Positions 57,367 to 64,000 of a stretch of 64,000 nt of DNA are shown here, piece after piece. The translations under genes were made by a program, and so were the position numbers. A model generated the notes under the pieces. It was given only the letters and a program-made list of their open reading frames with translations. It did not search any database and was not told the DNA's origin. Source of the DNA: Flavobacteriales bacterium (GTDB lineage: Bacteria > Bacteroidota > Bacteroidia > Palsa-965); assembly GCA_040377305.1 (NCBI GenBank), contig JBEIPA010000006.1, positions 4,177 to 68,176 of the forward strand, given 5' to 3'. The first letter of the stretch is position 1. Each line of letters starts with the position of its first letter.

Positions 57367-59079
57367 TTAAAAGAAATCAAAACTCTGGTTGGTGAGCGAC
57401 GTCCGCAGAGCCACATATACGAAGGAAGTCGTGGTCGGGTTGCTGGTGCGGTCGATTTTCCGGGACTTATAGCCTACGGACAGATTCAGGTTGCTGGCGT
57501 AGCTGATCATCCAGCCTACATGAATATCCATGGTGGTCAAAGTGGCGGGCGTGGTGAGCGCCGTGTTTACGACAGCATCTGATTTGAAGAGATTCGTGCC
57601 TCCATTGCCATACGCTGAATCTACGTTTGCATGGGCAACAAAGTAGTTCGCTGAAAAGAAGAAGTCGCGGAACTTGTAATACACGGTCGCGTTGGTTTCA
57701 TCAAAACCACCTCCAAGAGGATGGGCTAGCGCCTGGTTGTAATGCGACCACGACTGCAACGCATCTTCATGCGCGTACGTGAATCGATTAACCTGGTTGT
57801 ATTCAAAACGTAGATGAAGATGCTTAACCGTGAATGCATTGAAGTAACGAACACCGAGCTGCCAACCTGTCTTCGCGTGATTGTCTTTGCCCAATTCATC
57901 AGCAACAAACTGTCCGTATAGCGTAACCGTTTTGAAAAGATCAGCACGAGCTGTGAATCCCAGCATGTAATTGTTCGTGTCTTTCAATCCGTACTTGGCC
58001 ATGCTCGCAAACATCAACGGATTCCAATACCAGAAATCGAGATTCTGTTTGTTCAGCGAATCGGCGTGTTCGTAAACTGCTCCCTGGAAAACAGAGAATT
58101 CAAACTGACGAAGAAATTTGAACGCGAGGTGATGAACCACCATTGATTTTTTCTGAAACAAGGGTTCCGTTCCAACCGGTGTCGTCACATTTCCGCTGGT
58201 CAGATTCATCAGCGATGCATACATCACGGTGTACTGAATGTTTTTGTTCGGCAATGCCCAGCCCGTGAACTTCGCATACGGATAATTGAAGCTGTTATCG
58301 GACAGCAACAACGAACGCACACCATCGCCAATGAAATGTTTTCCGCTTCCGACCTGCACGTTGAAATATTTGCACACGCCCCAGGAAATATTTCCGGAAG
58401 CCATGGCATAATCGTAACCGTCGTTCTTGAATTTTTTCCAGCGACCCATTCCCGGAATCACTCCGAAACCCAACGCAAACGTATCCATGTACGCAGGAAG
58501 AAATGCCTGATTTTCCCAGAACGAAGTTTCAAAAGAGACCTTACCGATGTCGCCGCGCGCAGTTACACCGCGACTGTTTACATACGCCCGTCCTGTGTCA
58601 CCAGTGCTGAAGTATTGCAGATTCAAGAGCGGATCGATGTACAAACGGAACAAAGGAATATCTCCGTTAGCGGGCTTTTCTATCTGCAACAAGCTGTTCT
58701 GCGTGTGATAACCGTAAATCCACTTTGCCAATCCACGCCGGCCTCTTATGTTGTGTTTGAACGGTCCATTATTGTGATAATTATAATACTGCCGCAATCC
58801 ATGTCCTTGTTCAATGATCGGACGAAATGAAGTTTGACCCGGCCAGGCAATCACGTATGTGTCATTAATCTCAGCGATAGAATCATTCGGATCCGGAATC
58901 AGCGCATGCAGCAACGTATCGGTTTCGTAACGCAACAAATGCGGAACAAGATTGAAGCCTTTTGACCTCACCATCTGCGCTTCAGTTTCTGTCATCCATT
59001 GATCGTTCAACGGAAGATTTCCATTCTGCGCGAATAGTGCAAGAGGTGCGAGAAAGAGTAAGAGTAGAAATCCTCTCAT
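57367..59079 (-). CDS. Wzi-like capsule-assembly outer-membrane protein family member (paralog)
   Basis: Signal MRGFLLLLFLAPLALFAQ. VGSGKHFIGDGVRSLLLSDNSFNYPY and C-terminal blocks parallel 54502..56136. Confidence 0.5.
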   Translation of the reverse strand: MRGFLLLLFLAPLALFAQNGNLPLNDQWMTETEAQMVRSKGFNLVPHLLRYETDTLLHALIPDPNDSIAEINDTYVIAWPGQTSFRPIIEQGHGLRQYYNYHNNGPFKHNIRGRRGLAKWIYGYHTQNSLLQIEKPANGDIPLFRLYIDPLLNLQYFSTGDTGRAYVNSRGVTARGDIGKVSFETSFWENQAFLPAYMDTFALGFGVIPGMGRWKKFKNDGYDYAMASGNISWGVCKYFNVQVGSGKHFIGDGVRSLLLSDNSFNYPYAKFTGWALPNKNIQYTVMYASLMNLTSGNVTTPVGTEPLFQKKSMVVHHLAFKFLRQFEFSVFQGAVYEHADSLNKQNLDFWYWNPLMFASMAKYGLKDTNNYMLGFTARADLFKTVTLYGQFVADELGKDNHAKTGWQLGVRYFNAFTVKHLHLRFEYNQVNRFTYAHEDALQSWSHYNQALAHPLGGGFDETNATVYYKFRDFFFSANYFVAHANVDSAYGNGGTNLFKSDAVVNTALTTPATLTTMDIHVGWMISYASNLNLSVGYKSRKIDRTSNPTTTSFVYVALRTSLTNQSFDFF

Positions 59080-60044
59080 AGACGTTCAGCGCCGGATTTC
59101 GATAGCGTATGTTCCGCGCTCAGCGAATCTTTCACCGCTGCATAAACAGCCGTGATTCCTTCTTCCAGATTAATCTTGTGTTTCCACCCAAAGGAATGAA
59201 GTTTCGTTACATCAGTGAGTTTACGCGGAGTGCCGTCTGGTTTTGTTGGATCGAATTTCAGTTCTCCGTTGAATCCTACGACTTTTGCAATCAACCGTGC
59301 AAGATCACCGATTGAAATTTCCACTCCGCTTCCGATGTTGACGAATCCAGGCTCGTTGAAATTCTGCATCATGTGAACGCAGGCATCGGCCATATCATCG
59401 GCATGTAAAAATTCGCGCAGTGGTTTTCCGCTGCCCCAAACTTCCACGTGCGAATCGTTGTTCATTTTCGCATTGTGAATCTTCCGAAGCAACGCGGGCA
59501 ACACGTGTGAATTCTTCAGGTCGTAATTGTCATTCGGACCATAAAGATTCGTTGGCATTACAGATATGAAATTGCAATTGTATTGAGCGCGATACGCATC
59601 ACACATTTTAATGCCGGTGATTTTCGCAATGGCGTAAGGCTCATTCGTAGGTTCGAGCAGTCCGGTGAGCAACGCGTTTTCATTCAAAGGCTGCGGCGCC
59701 ATCTTCGGATAAATGCAGGTGGAGCCGAGGAACAATAATTTCTTCACGCCATTTGCATACGCGGAGTGAATGACGTTCGACTGAATCATCAGATTGTCGT
59801 AGAGAAATTCACCACGCAATGTGTTGTTGGCTTGAATACCTCCAACTTTTGCTGCAGCGAGAAAAACATATTCCGGTTTTTCTTTCGCAAAGAAGTCAGA
59901 AACCTGCTGTTGATTGCGTAGATCAACTTCAGAAGAAGTCTTGAAAACAAAATTCGAGAAGCCTTTCGCTACCAGATTGCGGTGAATGGCAGAACCCACC
60001 ATTCCTCTATGTCCCGCAATGTAAATCTTCGAATCCTTATTCAT
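59076..60044 (-). CDS. fcl: GDP-L-fucose synthase
   Basis: IYIAGHRGMVGSAI Rossmann motif. YxxxK (YAIAK). About 320 aa. Overlaps the upstream stop by 4 nt. Confidence 0.9.
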   Translation of the reverse strand: MNKDSKIYIAGHRGMVGSAIHRNLVAKGFSNFVFKTSSEVDLRNQQQVSDFFAKEKPEYVFLAAAKVGGIQANNTLRGEFLYDNLMIQSNVIHSAYANGVKKLLFLGSTCIYPKMAPQPLNENALLTGLLEPTNEPYAIAKITGIKMCDAYRAQYNCNFISVMPTNLYGPNDNYDLKNSHVLPALLRKIHNAKMNNDSHVEVWGSGKPLREFLHADDMADACVHMMQNFNEPGFVNIGSGVEISIGDLARLIAKVVGFNGELKFDPTKPDGTPRKLTDVTKLHSFGWKHKINLEEGITAVYAAVKDSLSAEHTLSKSGAERL

Positions 60045-60115
60045 TGATAAATGACTTGATCATTGAAAATTGAGCGTTGAACATTGAACATTCACTAACA
60101 GAGGTGCGTATGGTG

Positions 60116-61204
60116 CTACTCCTGCGACTGATTCACTTGATGTCCGCCTTCAATTAAATATTTGTCCTTGCTGAACGTTTTCAGATCGGCAGCAACCATT
60201 TCGCGACACAATTGCTCAACTGTAATTTTTGGTTTCCACCCGAAAGCCTTTTCTGCTTTCGACGCATCGCCCACGAGCAAGTCAACCTCAGCAGGACGGT
60301 AGTATTTTTCATCAATCTGCACCAGCGTCTTTCCGGTGAGCGTATCAATTCCGCGTTCTTCTGCGCCTTTGCCTTCCCAACGCAGCTGAATACTTGCTTC
60401 ACTGAATGCCAGTTCAACAAAACGCCGCACAGAAATTTTCTTTCCTGTTGCGAGTACGTAATCGTCTGGCTTGTCCTGTTGCATCATCAGCCACATTCCT
60501 TCCACGTAATCTTTCGCGTGACCCCAATCGCGTTCAGCGTCGAGATTACCGAGATAAAGTTTTTCCTGCAAACCAAGTTTAATCTTCGCTGCGGAACGTG
60601 TGATTTTACGTGTAACAAAAGTTTCTCCGCGAACAGGGCTCTCGTGGTTAAAGAGAATTCCGTTGCACGTGTACATATCGTATGCTTCGCGATAATTTTT
60701 CGTAATCCAATACGCGTAAAGCTTCGCAACTCCGTAAGGGCTGCGTGGATAAAACGGTGTAGTTTCTTTCTGCGGAATTTCCTGTACCAGGCCGTACAAC
60801 TCAGAAGTTGACGCCTGATAGAAGCGTGTTTTATTCTCAAGCTTCAGAATTCGGATTGCTTCCAGTAAACGCAAAGTTCCGAGTGCATCCGCATTCGCTG
60901 TATACTCGGGAGTTTCAAAAGAAACCTTTACATGCGACTGGGCAGCGAGGTTATAGATTTCGTCAGGCTGAACTTCCTGAACAATCCGAATGAGGTTTGT
61001 AGAATCTGTGAGGTCACCGTAGTGCAGGTGAAATCTGCTCCCAGTCTCGTGCGGATCCTGATAAAGGTGATCAATACGTTGAGTGTTGAACAAAGAACTT
61101 CTTCTTTTCACTCCATGCACGATGTACCCTTTGCTGAGCAATAACTCTGCGAGATACATTCCATCCTGTCCGGTAACACCGGTAATCAATGCTGTTTTTG
61201 CCAT
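60116..61204 (-). CDS. gmd: GDP-mannose 4,6-dehydratase
   Basis: ATG at 61204 gives [33 protein letters not shown] and [10 protein letters not shown] catalytic motifs. Confidence 0.9.
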   Translation of the reverse strand: MAKTALITGVTGQDGMYLAELLLSKGYIVHGVKRRSSLFNTQRIDHLYQDPHETGSRFHLHYGDLTDSTNLIRIVQEVQPDEIYNLAAQSHVKVSFETPEYTANADALGTLRLLEAIRILKLENKTRFYQASTSELYGLVQEIPQKETTPFYPRSPYGVAKLYAYWITKNYREAYDMYTCNGILFNHESPVRGETFVTRKITRSAAKIKLGLQEKLYLGNLDAERDWGHAKDYVEGMWLMMQQDKPDDYVLATGKKISVRRFVELAFSEASIQLRWEGKGAEERGIDTLTGKTLVQIDEKYYRPAEVDLLVGDASKAEKAFGWKPKITVEQLCREMVAADLKTFSKDKYLIEGGHQVNQSQE

Positions 61205-61253
61205 AATATAGTCGGTCAAAATTACACTTAACTCCGGTAATTACGTTGGAAAA

Positions 61254-62975
61254 TCAGCGTATGATTGTGATCTGTCCGGTAATAGCAACCTCTGCGCCCT
61301 CAGTTGAGTTCAGGGTGTAGTAATACGATCCGGATGGCAGATAATTACCGTTAAAGTCGCGACCGTCCCAGGAAGCTGTTAAATCACTGCTTGCATAAAC
61401 CGGCTGCCCCCACATGTTATAAATTCTCCAATCCCCTTTTTTGATACAATCCGCATTTTGGATGGTGATATAATCATTCGTAGTGCTGTTGGGCGACATA
61501 TAATTTGGAATGATCGGGATACAACTCGATGAAATCGCACCTACAGTAGTAATTGAATCATTGACGTAATTGAAGCAGGTTACATCCAGTCGCACTACAA
61601 ATCCATCTTTCAGTCCGTACGACGTTTCTGAATAAGGTCCGAAAGTACTATTCGGTCCATCAAAATATCCAACCGCGTAAACCTTGCAATCGTTCGTTGC
61701 TTCTACGCCATAACCGCGATCTTCTCCTGGACTACCAGCTTGCTGTACCCAACGCCATTTTCCGGCCGTGTCAATTCCAGCGACGAACGCCTGAATTCCA
61801 TCAAGACCCGTGGAGAACGACAAGCTGTCGCCAAATTGCACATTTGACCCTTGCGTTTGTCCGGTTACATAAATGCAATGCTGATTGTTGGATGCGATGG
61901 ATCGCCCGCATTCTCCCCCATCGTCCGATCCGGCTTTCGTGGCCCACTTCCATCCGCCGTTAATGTCCATCTTCGCTACGAAAATGTCTTTGCCACCGGG
62001 ACCGCCGTTGTTATTCAGCGTATCGCCATCGAAATTACATTCAGCGCGGAATTCTCCGGTAACGTACAAATACCCGTCGGCTCCACACGTAATACCATTC
62101 GCACGATCATCGTTGTAACCACCGACCTGATTCACCCACTGAAAATTCCCATTGGAGTCGAACTTCGTTACAAATATGTCGCGACTGTTCGAGTTCGAGT
62201 TAAGCGGAATTGGTCCGAACATTTGATTCTGCCCATAGAATCCTCCAGCGATATAAATTCCACCAGCGTTGTCAATTGCGATATCGTTATCCCGCTGCAC
62301 ATCCGCACCATCAAAAGTTCGCACCCACATCCACGTTCCGGTTGATGAAAGCTTAGCGAGGAATGCAATGGAATCGGAGTAAGAAAAGGGTGTAAGGTTT
62401 CCGAACTGTGCCGTACAAGTTGGAGGGCCATAATGAGTAGAGAGAAAACCGGTAACATAAATATCTCCGTTCTGATCTGTAACCATATCGAATGCGTGGT
62501 CATCTCCTTGTCCCCCGCCTGTAACAGCCCAAATAAGTGCACCGGTCGGGCTATACTTGATAATGAACGGACTATCTGCAGAGCCTTGCAAATTATACGG
62601 ACCAACTACCATACTCGACCAAAATGTTCCGCAGATGAGAACGTTGTCGTCTTTGTCAACGTGAACGCCAAGCGCGCGATCGTCAAGCCCGCTGTTGCAG
62701 TAATTCGCCCACAGATAATTTCCGTTAGGATCTTGTTTCGCCAGAAATGCATCTTTACTGGAACTCCCGCTTCCGGTCACAATAGATCCGAATGTTCCGG
62801 TGCCATTAAAAAATCCACACGAGTAAACAGAGCCGTCAGAACCTAAAGCAACGTCAAGTGCTTTGTCAGAACTTGTGTTCCCGCAATTGTTGGCCCAATT
62901 CCAGATAGGTCCTTGGGCTGATAAACAAAAGGCGAGCAGGCTAAATGCAAAACTGAGGAAGTAACGGCGCGTCAT
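61254..62975 (-). CDS. T9SS type-B (CHU_C-like) CTD protein with SBBP beta-propeller repeats
   Basis: Signal MTRRYFLSFAFSLLAFCLSAQ. Repeated DxxGN.Y..G SBBP blades. The C-terminal IYNMWGQPVYASSDLTASWDGRDFNGNYLPSGSYYYTL is a type-B sorting domain. Confidence 0.7.
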   Translation of the reverse strand: MTRRYFLSFAFSLLAFCLSAQGPIWNWANNCGNTSSDKALDVALGSDGSVYSCGFFNGTGTFGSIVTGSGSSSKDAFLAKQDPNGNYLWANYCNSGLDDRALGVHVDKDDNVLICGTFWSSMVVGPYNLQGSADSPFIIKYSPTGALIWAVTGGGQGDDHAFDMVTDQNGDIYVTGFLSTHYGPPTCTAQFGNLTPFSYSDSIAFLAKLSSTGTWMWVRTFDGADVQRDNDIAIDNAGGIYIAGGFYGQNQMFGPIPLNSNSNSRDIFVTKFDSNGNFQWVNQVGGYNDDRANGITCGADGYLYVTGEFRAECNFDGDTLNNNGGPGGKDIFVAKMDINGGWKWATKAGSDDGGECGRSIASNNQHCIYVTGQTQGSNVQFGDSLSFSTGLDGIQAFVAGIDTAGKWRWVQQAGSPGEDRGYGVEATNDCKVYAVGYFDGPNSTFGPYSETSYGLKDGFVVRLDVTCFNYVNDSITTVGAISSSCIPIIPNYMSPNSTTNDYITIQNADCIKKGDWRIYNMWGQPVYASSDLTASWDGRDFNGNYLPSGSYYYTLNSTEGAEVAITGQITIIR

Positions 62976-63137
62976 GTTAACCGAAAGTTAACTAAAAAGT
63001 CTCAGGTCCCTAAGTGGTTAAGCAGGCGAATCCTTTTCTTCAGCCGGGAACCCCAATGTCATTAAGTTGTGATTATTCGAAATTCACGCTCGTGAGCTGA
63101 AGCTCACGGCGATCACGTCTATCTCATAACAAATTGG

Positions 63138-63180
63138 GTGCAAGAGGGAAAAATGGCGTTGCCATTTTTCCCTCTTGCAC
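63138..63180. terminator. perfect 20-bp stem / 3-nt loop hairpin, nested inside an outer imperfect inverted repeat (63096-63221)
   Basis: gtgcaagagggaaaaatggc gtt gccatttttccctcttgcac. Outer arms gctgaagctcacggcgatc / gatcgccgttcggcttcagc. Confidence 0.6.
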
Positions 63181-63313
63181 TAAAACAAGTGAAGAACAAA
63201 AGATCGCCGTTCGGCTTCAGCCAACGGCACTTATCTGAACTAGCGATAAGTATTGTGAACTTCATGAAATTGGTAGAATTCCGTTGTCGCGAAAAAGGAA
63301 AAGACTCCACTTT

Positions 63314-64000
63314 CTACTGGATAGTCGCGAGAAACCAAGGATTCCTCAACTGCTCGCGGTTGTAACGCAATTCCGTCTTTTCCGGCCAAACGACCACACT
63401 TCCACCTGCAGCAAGTAAAATTGCATGCCCGGCAGCAGTATCCCATTCCATAGTTGGTGCGAATCGTGGATACGAGTGTGCTTTCCCTTCTGCCACGAGA
63501 CAGAATTTCAGCGATGATCCTGAAGCAGCGAAATCAACTTCGCCATGTTTTGCTTTCATCTCATCGATGTAAGCTTCCGTTTCTGGTGAACTGTGAGAGC
63601 GGGAACCGACGATGGTGAATGCTGGCGGCAGTTCTTGCGCTGGTAATCTTTCTTCTGGCGAATTTCCAGCTACCGATTTACGAATGTATGCTCCCTCGCC
63701 CGGAATGGAATAATACAATTCGTCGCGGGCGGGAACATAAATGACTCCGAAAATAGGTTTCGAATTTTCCACGAGCGCAATGTTGACTGTGAACTCCCCA
63801 TTCCGTTTGATAAACTCTTTTGTTCCGTCAAGTGGATCGACCACCCAACACCGCGTCCACGATTTGCGAACAACAAACTCAACCTGCTCATCGCTTTCCT
63901 CACTCAATACCGGAATGTTAGTTTTCTCCAGATATTTCATAATCACTTTCTGTGAAGCAATATCCGCTTTTGTCAAAGGAGAATTGTCACCTTTCATCTC
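63314..64000 (-). CDS. cysQ: 3'(2'),5'-bisphosphate nucleotidase CysQ (inositol monophosphatase family), 5' end beyond window
   Basis: WVVDPLDGTKEF and WDTAAGHAILLAAGG motifs. The window ends before the true N-terminus. Confidence 0.8.
   Translation of the reverse strand, partial: EMKGDNSPLTKADIASQKVIMKYLEKTNIPVLSEESDEQVEFVVRKSWTRCWVVDPLDGTKEFIKRNGEFTVNIALVENSKPIFGVIYVPARDELYYSIPGEGAYIRKSVAGNSPEERLPAQELPPAFTIVGSRSHSSPETEAYIDEMKAKHGEVDFAASGSSLKFCLVAEGKAHSYPRFAPTMEWDTAAGHAILLAAGGSVVVWPEKTELRYNREQLRNPWFLATIQ

Noticed and set aside
1-64000. tRNA, rRNA, transposase, integrase or recombinase genes
   Set aside because: None recognised by eye. No GTTCGA-type T-arm contexts, 16S/23S signatures, or DDE/tyrosine-recombinase motifs among the ORFs. 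The two islands therefore lack an identifiable mobility gene within the window.

Overview
This 64-kb window appears to come from a Bacteroidota chromosome. The evidence is many proteins with T9SS (type IX secretion) C-terminal sorting domains, both type A (PorSecre-tail) and type B (CHU_C-like), SprB-repeat adhesins, a PadR/HAAS dyad and accessory genes of caa3-type oxidase maturation. Coding density is high and mostly on the minus strand. No rRNA, tRNA, CRISPR array, transposase or integrase was recognised by eye.

Housekeeping and metabolic content:
- B12-dependent methionine synthase (metH).
- gmd and fcl for GDP-fucose, a WecA-like initiating transferase and two Wzi-like outer-membrane proteins.
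- Heme-o synthase, cytochrome oxidase subunits III and IV, SCO1 and DUF420.
- Thioredoxin, NUDIX, AhpD-like, DHFR-like and SDR enzymes, and an ArsR operon with two AHSA1 paralogs.
- A methionine aminopeptidase gene split by a +1 frameshift.

Three accessory regions stand out:
- 7.8-16.9 kb: an AT-rich three-gene block is inserted between genes for hydrolases that lack signal peptides. The block encodes an HExxH zincin-like protein, an ABC/AAA_15 ATPase and an HNH nuclease, the last two in a Septu-like PtuA/PtuB arrangement. The flanking hydrolases are a hevamine-type GH18 fused to a jacalin lectin, a GH64-like beta-1,3-glucanase and a C39/phytochelatin-synthase-like cysteine peptidase.
- 34.4-41.5 kb: a low-GC island of about 7 kb carries a Type III restriction-modification system (Mod and Res) plus a small two-gene module. 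It is bracketed by identical 18-20 bp palindromes.
- 0.6-5.1 kb: tandem SprB-repeat T9SS adhesin paralogs share near-identical internal DNA segments of roughly 450 bp.

The intergenic DNA contains several recurring structured repeat families: CAGTA/GCAGT hexamer-based hairpins at three or more loci, CACGGCGAGCACGGCG inverted-repeat elements inside the ArsR operon, MITE-like nested inverted repeats, and a tandem 83-bp repeat upstream of the heme-o synthase gene. A 30-bp direct repeat flanks a thioredoxin/DUF2892 cassette and duplicates the 3' end of the NUDIX gene.
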